A stretch of DNA of 64,000 bases from NCBI GenBank assembly GCA_043228905.1, contig JBHGNT010000006.1, forward strand, positions 16,802,001 through 16,866,000, in the 5' to 3' direction. Position 1 is the first letter of the stretch, and each line of letters opens with the position of its first letter. The DNA is from Azolla caroliniana (taxonomy: Eukaryota; Plantae; Polypodiophyta). Positions 55,654 to 64,000 of this stretch are shown here, one piece after another. The notes beneath the pieces are model-generated. The model had not been told where the DNA came from. It did not search any database and saw nothing but the letters and a program-made list of their open reading frames with translations. Position numbers and translations under genes: made by a program.

Positions 55654-58600
55654 TTACTCTTCGCCTGCCGGCCCTTCCTCGGCCTCGGATCGGTCGTCGC
55701 TGCTGTCTAGGAGAATTGGGTCGGGTTCGTCGTCGTGCCGCTTCTTGAAAGCTTTGATCCTCTTCCCGGCCACGGGTATCGCTATTCTCGTACCGTCGAG
55801 TTCTGCCAGATGATACGTCCCGTTGTCGTTGGCGCTCTGTACCGTGTACGGCCCGAACCATCTCTGTGCGAACTTCCGCGTTGCTCGGTGCTGGTTGTCG
55901 AGGCTGCTGTCGTAGACGAGCACCCAGTCACCTTCGTCGATTTTCTTCGGTCGTAGCCGGTGCGTTCGGTCGAACCGGGCTTTGTTCTTTGTCCTCGCCA
56001 CCCGGAGCTTCTCTGTAGCCAGTGCCACGTCCTCCGGTCTCCGCTCGAGCTGTCGTATACGCGCGGCCAACAACTCCTCCCGGCTCATCTCGTCCCTCCA
56101 GTCGACCGTTGCCCACGAGGAGATCGTCCGTTCAATCGGCATGATCGGCTTCTGGCCGAACATGAGCTCTGTCGGCATGTACCCGGTTACCGAACTGTGC
56201 GTGGTCCGGTCTGCCCACAAAGCATAAGGTAGGAGCCGCGGCCAGTCACCGATTCGGCCTCCGCATGCCCGAACCAACGCCTTGACGATCGGTCCGTGTC
56301 CGCGCTCCACCTTTCCATTCGCCTCCGGATTGTACGCAGTGGTGAGCGAGAGCTTGACCCCCAGCCGGTCGAACAGCTCCGCGGCTTCTTCGGCGTCCAA
56401 CTCCCCTCGGTCAGCCACGATCTTCCCGACGCACCCGTACCGGCATACCACGTCCTCGATCAGGAACCGACACACGGCCGCGGTCGTCTTGTTCTGAAGG
56501 GCTCGGCCTTCCACCTGGTTCGTCAGGTCTTCCCGCGCTAGGACCAGATACCGCATCTGTCCTACCCCCATCGGCATCGTCACCAGATCTACCATCCATT
56601 TGAAGTGGATAGTCGGAGGGTACGTAGGGCGAAGCCCGTCCCGGTGTCGGACTATCGAGTGCATCTGACAACTCTCGCAAGTCGACACGAACCGATGCAC
56701 GTCCCGGTACAATCCCGGCCACCAGTACTTCCCCTTCAGCTTTTCAAATGTCGCCCACGTTCCACGGTGTCCAGCCCAAGGGCTGTCGTGGTGGGCCGCC
56801 AGTAGCTCCTCCTGTTCTTCCTTCATTGCCACCACCCGGAGCGGGACGCCGTTCCTCTTCTTCGGGTGCTTCCACAAATGCCCATCTCGGAGAAAGAATC
56901 GATATGCTCTCTTCCGGATCCGGTTGGCCTCGTCCTTCGTCCATGACGCATCGGGCGTCATTGTCTTCAAAAACCCGCCGATCTGCAGCCACTCCCCGTC
57001 GTACTTGCTCGCGTCGAACTCGTTAAGCGCCGGAGTGCTCATCCCGTCGGTCGTTATGTATGCCGCCTCGAAGAAATCCACGCCGACTTCTTCGTCTTCC
57101 GAAACCATGCCGCCCTCGTCGTCGAACCTCGCCCTCGAAAGCATGTCGGCCATGGCGTTGTCTTTCCCGGAAATGTGTCGTATTTCCGGGTCCAGGGACT
57201 TGACGTACGCTATCCACCTGAGCATCGCCAGGTCCGGGGTCGCGCATCCGGAAACCATACCGAGAATCGGCAGGCAATCCGTCTCGATGATCACTTCTGT
57301 CCCTATCAGGTAATCTTTGTCGGCCTTAACCGCCGAAACAATACCCCAGAGTTCGCGTTTAACCTGGGCGTATCCTCGCTGTCGTTCACTGAGGACTTTC
57401 GCGCCGAATCGGATCGGAAACCGATTGCCGTCCTCGTCTTCCTGGTTCACGACCCATCCGATCCCGGTCGGACTGGTATCCACCGTTATGAATACCGGGG
57501 TGCCCTTCCCGTATACCGCCTTCCGGAGTGCCGGTGCCGCTGCAAGGGCCTCTTTCAGCTTCCGGACCGATTCCGCGTGCTCGTCTAGCCATTCGAACCT
57601 TCGCCCCTTTTTCAGCAACCCGTACAGTGGCTCCGCGACGTGTGCGTAATGCGGGATCCATATGTGGTAGAACGCACATGCCCCCAGGAATCTCCGTACT
57701 TCCGTGACCGAGCTGCAGTCGGGCTTCATCGCGGAGATGGCTTCTACCTTTGCCGGAGACGGTTTCCGGCCATATGGTCCGCACAGGTGTCCGACCACCA
57801 TGATTTCTGACTGCCCGAAGGCCGACTTCTCCCCGGAGAAGGTGAGTCTCGCATCCTCTAGCCTTTGCAGCACCTTCTCGCAGTCGTCGATGTGCGTCGC
57901 CACGAATCGCCGGCATCCGTCCGGCCCGATCGTCTCGTCCCTTTCTTCCACCGGGCATCCCTTGATCGGGATGTCGTCCAGAAACGGCATGGTGATGTCC
58001 GGGATACAGTCCCTCAGAACCTTGTTCATCGCATTCACCATGTGGGCCACCGAGTTGGTCCCGCCTTGCGGCAGTGTACACATCCGAACTAGGCCGAGGG
58101 GAGTTCGCATCGTCGTAATGTCTCTGCTCTCCACGGCTAGCTGGAACTGGTCGTACCCTGAGTATAGATCCCCGACCGAGTAAATTGACCTTCCGGCGAA
58201 GGCCTCCGCGAACTCGTCTATGGTCGGTCCGATCCCTGCGTTCCGAATGGTCACTCGATTGACCGGCTGCAGGTCCTGGATGAAGCGCAACGAACCGTTT
58301 TTCTTCGGTACGGTAAACCATCGATTCGAATATGGGGCGCTCGACGGCTCGAGAATTCCCATATCAACTTTCTGCCTCAGCAGCTCCATCAACTTCGGGA
58401 TGTGAGCTCTCGGAACCGGGATTGGCTTGAGATTCCATGGTACATGCGGCACCGTGAATATCACCATCGGCTCCACGATCGTCGGGTCAACGCACCCGAT
58501 TTCCTCCGGCGAGAATGCGAAGGCTTTCCCGTGCCTTCCGAGCATTCTCCGAAACCGGTCTTCCTCCGCCGGCAGTAGGAACCCGCCCCCACCGATTTTG

Positions 58601-59145
58601 AGCTCTCGGAGCGTCTCGTCGGTGAAGGTGTGTCCTATGCAGGCCGGATCTCGTAGACTAGGGTCCGATGCAACCCCTTTGATTCTCGACGCGCTGTCCT
58701 CCGGCAGGGGTGCCGCGACTGGCCTTACCTTCCGGTCCACAGTCTTGTACTTGGTGCTTACGTGGGCCGTCCGAACTGACTCGAGCCCTCGACCGAAGTC
58801 CGCGATGACTCCGTACATCTCCTCGGAACACACCGGTATCGTCCGGTCTTCGTTAAGGCCTTCTTCGACTACCTTTCCCAGCATTCCCAAGGTGTCGTCG
58901 AACGAGACCGCCTCCACGGCTCCGTTGATTTCCTCATCCGGGCTGAGAACTCCGCACGCTCGAAGTCTCCCCTCCGCCTTCGTCTTCTCTCGGCCGCCGA
59001 CGCCGACTATCGTACACGCTCCGCTGCCGGAGAACAAAAATTCCCTACCTACGGTACAAGTTTTCTTCGGTTTTATCATACAGGTGTGGGGTTTTCCCGG
59101 GGTGTCCGGACTGTCGCGGCCCCACGCCTTGGCAGCCCTCTCTAA
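55654..59145 (-). CDS. pol: Element P Pol (RT-RNase H-integrase), probably expressed by -1 frameshift
   Basis: DLYSGYDQ, LPQG, FLDD, VDTSPTGIG, HHCC (H..H..CESC), VDL/ADRG/KVERGH and WFGPY. The frame is open upstream to the slippery site. Confidence 0.93.
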   Translation of the reverse strand, partial: LERAAKAWGRDSPDTPGKPHTCMIKPKKTCTVGREFLFSGSGACTIVGVGGREKTKAEGRLRACGVLSPDEEINGAVEAVSFDDTLGMLGKVVEEGLNEDRTIPVCSEEMYGVIADFGRGLESVRTAHVSTKYKTVDRKVRPVAAPLPEDSASRIKGVASDPSLRDPACIGHTFTDETLRELKIGGGGFLLPAEEDRFRRMLGRHGKAFAFSPEEIGCVDPTIVEPMVIFTVPHVPWNLKPIPVPRAHIPKLMELLRQKVDMGILEPSSAPYSNRWFTVPKKNGSLRFIQDLQPVNRVTIRNAGIGPTIDEFAEAFAGRSIYSVGDLYSGYDQFQLAVESRDITTMRTPLGLVRMCTLPQGGTNSVAHMVNAMNKVLRDCIPDITMPFLDDIPIKGCPVEERDETIGPDGCRRFVATHIDDCEKVLQRLEDARLTFSGEKSAFGQSEIMVVGHLCGPYGRKPSPAKVEAISAMKPDCSSVTEVRRFLGACAFYHIWIPHYAHVAEPLYGLLKKGRRFEWLDEHAESVRKLKEALAAAPALRKAVYGKGTPVFITVDTSPTGIGWVVNQEDEDGNRFPIRFGAKVLSERQRGYAQVKRELWGIVSAVKADKDYLIGTEVIIETDCLPILGMVSGCATPDLAMLRWIAYVKSLDPEIRHISGKDNAMADMLSRARFDDEGGMVSEDEEVGVDFFEAAYITTDGMSTPALNEFDASKYDGEWLQIGGFLKTMTPDASWTKDEANRIRKRAYRFFLRDGHLWKHPKKRNGVPLRVVAMKEEQEELLAAHHDSPWAGHRGTWATFEKLKGKYWWPGLYRDVHRFVSTCESCQMHSIVRHRDGLRPTYPPTIHFKWMVDLVTMPMGVGQMRYLVLAREDLTNQVEGRALQNKTTAAVCRFLIEDVVCRYGCVGKIVADRGELDAEEAAELFDRLGVKLSLTTAYNPEANGKVERGHGPIVKALVRACGGRIGDWPRLLPYALWADRTTHSSVTGYMPTELMFGQKPIMPIERTISSWATVDWRDEMSREELLAARIRQLERRPEDVALATEKLRVARTKNKARFDRTHRLRPKKIDEGDWVLVYDSSLDNQHRATRKFAQRWFGPYTVQSANDNGTYHLAELDGTRIAIPVAGKRIKAFKKRHDDEPDPILLDSSDDRSEAEEGPAGEE

Positions 59146-61268
59146 AAATCCTCTCGGTTATCGGAACCGAGGGAGTTGCGGTTACGCTCGTGGTTCGGCC
59201 TGACCGTCAAAAACTGGACCGAATGGCGCCCGTCCTGGCTCTTGACCCGCGCATAGGCCGAACCGTTGTCCAGCACCTTGGTCTCCATTCGAGCCGCCGT
59301 GATGTACGGTTCTCCCAGTATGACGGGGTGCGATGACGACTCCTGCACGAAGAAGTGCTGGTCTATCTCGACATCGCCGATCTTGACCCGTACATTCGGG
59401 CAGGCCCCGTGAAGTTCCTCGGTGGCGCGCGTTGCTGCCCTTATTTTCCACCCGTGCTTGGTGTTGATCGGCCATTTGCCCTTCTTATAGAAGTCCATGG
59501 ACATCAAATTGATCTCCGATCCGTGGTCCACCAAAGCTATCACCGGTTCCTGGACATCGCCGATCTTCACCGGGGTTTCCGTGGTCGCTCGGGCCCAGTG
59601 TGGTCTCGAATAGTGGCTTTCCGCCCACTCGTCTCCCAGCGCCATGTCGTCTAGGTGCGTCGTCCGCACTTCCACCGGTCTTTCCGGTTCTGTCTCCGTC
59701 GACAGCCTCTTCCGTTTCACCAAGTCCACGATGGAGTCGTGGAACTCCTTCTTGGCGATTCCCAGCACCTCCCGTAACGACAGCTCCACCTTGCTGTCGA
59801 GGATCCGTTCCTCCAGGACCTTTCGTAAGTCCGTGGTTCTTTCTATCTCCGTCCCCAGACGGTACCCGCCCTTCTGGGGTTTATCTCGCGTACCGGCCCC
59901 GCCGGCTTCGTCCCGTCGCGGCCCGGACCGGGTCTCGTATCGTTGTGAGGGCCCGGTCGTCCCGGGTTTCCCCACCCGCTTCTCTTCTACCAGAGCCTCG
60001 TAGTTCCGGCAAGCGGCTTCCATGAAGCCCGTCTTCTCCTCGACCGGGTCGCTCCACCCGGTCATCTCCCGTACCCGTTTCTCCGCACGGTCCGATTCCT
60101 CCCTTTTAAGCCCTGCACCGGCAAGGCCTCCCAGCATCGTCGGCCAGAATCCGGCTTCGCTTTCACTTCGGGCCTCGCCACCCCCGACTCGAATGCCGGC
60201 TGACGCCGAGTAGTGGACGGTTTCCGCGTGTCGGGCCGCCGCCTCTTCCATCAACCTTTTCATACCACCCTTTCCGTCGTTTCGGCTCAGGGCCCTTCGG
60301 GTGTCGCTGGCATGCACCCGTCCTTCCCACAGGTACACCACCCTGTTCCTCAGCGCCTCCGCGAAGTCGTCGCAGTCCTTCCGAATGTGGCCGACTTCAT
60401 CGCACCACATGCACCTGTTTCCTGCCGCCGGCCGTCGGTCACGAGCCGGTTCGCCTCCTTCCCTTCGGGCCTGCGCGATTTGGAGGTCCTTTATCGCCTT
60501 CGTCAATTCCTCCAGCGCCGCTCCTCCGGTTGAGCCTGTGACTACGCCGGTCGAAGCCGAACCGGTTTCCAACCACTCTCCGGTCCCTTCCTTTCGCACC
60601 CGTGGCGCTGGTTCGAACTTCCTTGCTGCGACCGAGCCCGACCCGGTCGCACCGTCATCCGCCCATTCTCGCCGTTTGTCGAAACGGCCACAGACCTTCC
60701 TGACAGCCGCCCAGTCGGTAGTGAGCCCGTCTTCGGTTTCTAGCAGGGCGCCCACGTGACTCCGATCCCTCTCGTCAACCGATTTGACGAACAGCAGGAC
60801 CCGGCTTGTATCCAGGACCATCCTGTCAAGCGCCGAAAGGCGTGCGAAGTTCTCCTCGAACTCCCGGAGGAGTGCCGAAGCGTTTCTTCCCTTTCCCGGG
60901 GACTCCACCCATTCCATGAACCTTCGCTTCGAAAGCCGGAGCGCGTCGTCCAGCCCGTATTTCTCTAGGAGCCGACCTTCGAACTCCTCCCAGGTACGGC
61001 TCTCCGTCCGTACCTCGAGCACCTCCGCATGGATGCTCGGCATCGCTACTCGGGGAAATCCGGCCAGACGCCTTTCTTCCGGAATGTCCCGCATCAGCAT
61101 CTCTGCACCGTAGGACGCCAAATACTTCGTGGCATCCTTCCCATCGAACCGGCCGATCGTGCCGACGACCGCCTCAATAGCTCTGTCGAGGGCACCGGTG
61201 CTCTCGCGCGCGTTTACAATCCGATCCACGGCCGAAGCCATGGCCTCTGCGAGATCCGACCCCCTCAT
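59142..61268 (-). CDS. gag: Element P Gag-protease ORF
   Basis: CMWCDEVGHIRKDC knuckle; protease-like ALVDHGSEINLM...VILGEPY. First ATG at 61268 (the ORF track starts at a GTG inside the PBS). Confidence 0.9.
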   Translation of the reverse strand: MRGSDLAEAMASAVDRIVNARESTGALDRAIEAVVGTIGRFDGKDATKYLASYGAEMLMRDIPEERRLAGFPRVAMPSIHAEVLEVRTESRTWEEFEGRLLEKYGLDDALRLSKRRFMEWVESPGKGRNASALLREFEENFARLSALDRMVLDTSRVLLFVKSVDERDRSHVGALLETEDGLTTDWAAVRKVCGRFDKRREWADDGATGSGSVAARKFEPAPRVRKEGTGEWLETGSASTGVVTGSTGGAALEELTKAIKDLQIAQARREGGEPARDRRPAAGNRCMWCDEVGHIRKDCDDFAEALRNRVVYLWEGRVHASDTRRALSRNDGKGGMKRLMEEAAARHAETVHYSASAGIRVGGGEARSESEAGFWPTMLGGLAGAGLKREESDRAEKRVREMTGWSDPVEEKTGFMEAACRNYEALVEEKRVGKPGTTGPSQRYETRSGPRRDEAGGAGTRDKPQKGGYRLGTEIERTTDLRKVLEERILDSKVELSLREVLGIAKKEFHDSIVDLVKRKRLSTETEPERPVEVRTTHLDDMALGDEWAESHYSRPHWARATTETPVKIGDVQEPVIALVDHGSEINLMSMDFYKKGKWPINTKHGWKIRAATRATEELHGACPNVRVKIGDVEIDQHFFVQESSSHPVILGEPYITAARMETKVLDNGSAYARVKSQDGRHSVQFLTVRPNHERNRNSLGSDNREDF

Positions 61269-62916
61269 CTTCTGCTCTTCTGCCGCCTCTTTCACGTCGG
61301 GTTCACCAAATATGTCGGGATATTACGCAAGTGCGTGTGAAAATGAGGCGGGACCGCGGGGGTCTCGAACCAAAGAGCAAGCAAGGGAGGAGAAAGAGAG
61401 AGAACCGGCTACGCAGGACCGGGGATACGCAGGGACACGGCCCTTCAGCACGGAGAATGCGAACAGACACCGACACAGACAGATGCGAATGACTAAATAT
61501 GTGTATTAACAAAAATTGGCTAACACGACTACAACCCTCGATGGGGCACAGGTTGGTTACAACCGAACAGGCCGGCGAACAGATGCCGATGCCTGTTCGC
61601 TTCGACGCACAAACGGGGTAGCAGGCCGGAGGTGCTGCCGGAAGCACTCGGCGTTCCTCGAAACAGCGCGAGCCTCCTCGGAACCCTGCACAGAAGCTAT
61701 GGAGCTCGAGAAGGAAGGAAACACAGAGAGAGAGAGAGAGAAGCGTCCAGAAACAGTCCGGCAGCACTTCGTCCTCTCCGCGCGAGATCCCTTCTCCTAT
61801 TCTTCCTCTTCCTTTTATATCCCGTTAAGAGGCCGTTTGGCATTAACTGCATATCAACCGAATCTACCCACCTAGGATCCTCGTATGTACTCTTGGCGCG
61901 CGTGTGTATAGAGCCGTTTCCCACGCCTTGTTCCTCCGATTCCTCTTGTGGGCGGTTTTCTTCACGACAACGTTTTAGGGTTAGGGTTAGGGTTAAGGAC
62001 GATGATGATTATCAATGACAAAGATAGACATGGCGTAATAGCGAAGATAATGGAGAGTATGATGGTAAGAGAGATTGGCATGAAGATGTTGAGAATCGTT
62101 GAGAAGCATTGTGGGGTGGGGGGTGGTGCCTAGAATGGCTCCACCCTCCTCCCAAGGGGGTTCAACGTTAAGGGGAGGGAAGAGAGAGAGAGAGAGATGA
62201 AAAGAGAGATAGATAGAGAAAAATGATTCATTCATATTTCATTCATTCCCCATAAGGGGTTAAATAGTTCAAGAGGGGGTAGATACATAGGGGTGTAAGC
62301 CCCCTCGAGCATTCATACTGGACACTCACTCACACCTCCTCGTATCCATCCGCATGCACACACGTGTGCATGTGTTCACATACGTATAGACTCACAATTA
62401 CATTTATGTCCCCTACACATACACAACAACATCATGATAACATTCGACCCTCGCTCATCGCACTGACTCTCCGTACATCTCGTACGGGGTAACAGTGGCT
62501 ACCCCATCTCCGATCACGGAAGCGTCGATTACCCTTGCCTCCTCCTCTTCCTCGATCTCCTTGTCGTCGTCTTGGTTGCCCGCCTTGCCACCGCCACCAT
62601 TCATCACTCTAGGTCTTACACCGGTTGTCGGGTCGGACGCCAAAGCCTCTAGAATCGGTGTGGGTAAGGTCTGGGCACCACCGCTTGTCTCCTCCCCGCT
62701 TGATGTTTCGGGCCATCGTGTCCCGAATCCTCAGCCCACTCTCGAAGTGGCGCTCCTCACTTCGTCGTCACCGGCCTCATCCATGGCCGTCCCTTTTCCA
62801 CAAGACGAGAGGCTCGCTTGCTTCGCACCCTCTCCAACGTTGTCGCCATTACACGCTCTTCCGGCCTCCGCATAGGCCCCATTGTCCACGTATAGGGAGG
62901 CTTCTTCCCCTAAAGA

Positions 62917-64000
62917 TGTCGCGATATTCCACGAGCGCGTGTAGGATCCGAGGCGGGACCATAGGGGTCTTGAACTAGGGAGTTGAGGAGAAGGAATAAG
63001 ACACGAAATGGAAGCTTAGCTCAAGAGGAGAGGAGAATGAATATGACATGAAAATTGAACAAGATATGGATGGAGGCAAAATACTCAACAAGTTATATTA
63101 AGAAAACACAAACGAATACAACCATGGCGGCATAAGCCAAAACCCAACGACTACAAGAAACCCTAACCGAATAAGTAAAGTGAAGAAGATGAATAAGGAA
63201 ACCCTAAGAGAAACCCTAACCCTAAACCAAAATGGGAAAAAGAAGAACCCTAGAACTATGTGGTATACCTTTCACACTCAAAATAGGCAACCCCTTCACA
63301 AGTGACCCCTCCCTTCCTTTTATAGCCCAAGGAGGGAGGGACCTTACAATGTGGGATAAATTTCTCCTCTTTATTCTATACACCATTTTACATTGTAAGT
63401 GTGCACATGTTGCACACCGCCGACTTGCCCATTCTATCCCCGTTTCACACCGTAGCCGGAAATCTTCACGACATCCACCCCCACCAAACCGCACATCCAC
63501 CGATTTCGGCTACGGTGATCAACCGGGTCCTCCGCCGTCCCAGCACCCGACCGCCTCGCCGGCTCCTACTGACCCCGATCCGTCGAATCCATCCGATCCA
63601 TCAGGTCCACCGCGTGTCCCCAAACCACCAACTCCATCCGATCCTCCATATCCGACGTTCGTGCCTTCCTCGGACGCCGTTGTCGACCCGGCCACTCCGA
63701 CTTTCTTCGCCATGTATGCCCTTTGATTGGGGCCCCGGTCACTTCGGTTGTACGCCAGATTCTATGCCTTGTGTGCCGTGTATGTCCCTCCGTCGGTTTG
63801 ATCGTCTTCGCGTCCCGAACACTTCCACGTGCCAACTCTCTCCGCTCCGCGCTCGCCTTCCGCAGGCTCTTCCCGTGTGCCATTATCGTTCCCCGAATGC
63901 GTGATCGTTCTTCGGTCCTTAGGCCACCCCATTACACGCTCCTCGCTTCCCCCTTGCTTGTCGTGCTCTCTCGTCGTAGAGTGTACCATCATACCAACCT
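62917..64000 (-). mobile_element. Element N unit 3: LTR 62917-63416 plus adjacent internal region (continues beyond the window)
   Basis: TGTCGCGATATTCC...GTTGCACA (500 bp); 63417-64000 is colinear with 41779-42360. Confidence 0.82.

Larger units (their letters stand above)
54925..61969 (-). mobile_element. Intact young non-chromovirus Ty3/gypsy element P (Phygy/Selgy-like)
   Basis: 657-bp LTRs at 54925-55581 and 61313-61969, identical by eye. 4-bp TSD ACGT. 18-nt tRNA-Trp PBS at 61291-61308. PPT next to 55582. No chromodomain. Confidence 0.96.
54915..62494. mobile_element. Solo LTR X (~531 bp: 54915-54924 plus 61974-62494), interrupted by element P
   Basis: TGTTG...GTAACA termini; TSD GTGGC at 54910-54914 and 62495-62499; element N sequence rejoins across it. 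Confidence 0.85.
41676..62916 (-). mobile_element. Element N unit 2 (partial LTR 41676-41778 plus internal region), split by D, T2, solo X and P
   Basis: Segments 41779-43216, 48584-48899, 54545-54914 and 62500-62901 rejoin at TSDs and are colinear with 31720-33680. Gag and PBS are deleted. Confidence 0.8.

Noticed and set aside
57386-58321. Long alternative-frame and antisense ORFs over the pol genes of P, B and F
   Set aside because: Expected shadows of GC-rich coding sequence; no recognisable motifs.
61291-61308. tRNA-Trp gene
   Set aside because: Only the 18-nt 3' end including CCA is present, adjacent to an LTR, so it is a primer-binding site.
61973-61998. Interstitial telomere or chromosome fusion scar
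   Set aside because: Only about 4 units, inside an LTR with intact TG/CA ends and a matching TSD.

Overview
The window is almost entirely nested plant LTR retrotransposons; no host gene, rRNA, intact tRNA or CRISPR array is visible. Using LTR termini, primer-binding sites (PBS), polypurine tracts (PPT) and target-site duplications (TSD), I resolved about 17 insertions or remnants. Block 1 (1-17334): old Ty1/copia A, into which a three-LTR chromovirus G1 inserted (2842-16120, TSD ACTTT), itself interrupted by copia B (10008-15595, TSD CAAAA). Block 2 (17335-29980): decayed copia and gypsy remnants, LTR fragments, and a Tcn1-like chromovirus T1 (22312-28100). Block 3 (29981-64000): a tandem/chimeric array of a pol-less, Gag-only element with a tRNA-Trp PBS. 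It hosts copia F (33739-40403), intact copia D (43217-48578), a second Tcn1-like chromovirus T2 (48900-54539), solo LTRs, and an intact Trp-primed non-chromovirus gypsy P (54925-61969, 4-bp TSD). The mix of Tcn1-like and Phygy/Selgy-like lineages suggests heterochromatin of a non-seed land plant (inference). Most interesting observations: (1) both Tcn1-like LTRs carry an outward-facing tRNA-derived Pol III A/B-box module, a heat-shock-element array and a self-priming sequence; (2) a Gag-only satellite element with a long repeat-containing extension sits beside its probable helper; (3) Trp-primed/TGTCG-type elements appear to insert at CpG-centred 4-mers; (4) -1 frameshift pseudoknots at gag/pol junctions; (5) a copia lineage with a duplicated PPT and a long post-RNase H extension. 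All alignments were made by eye.
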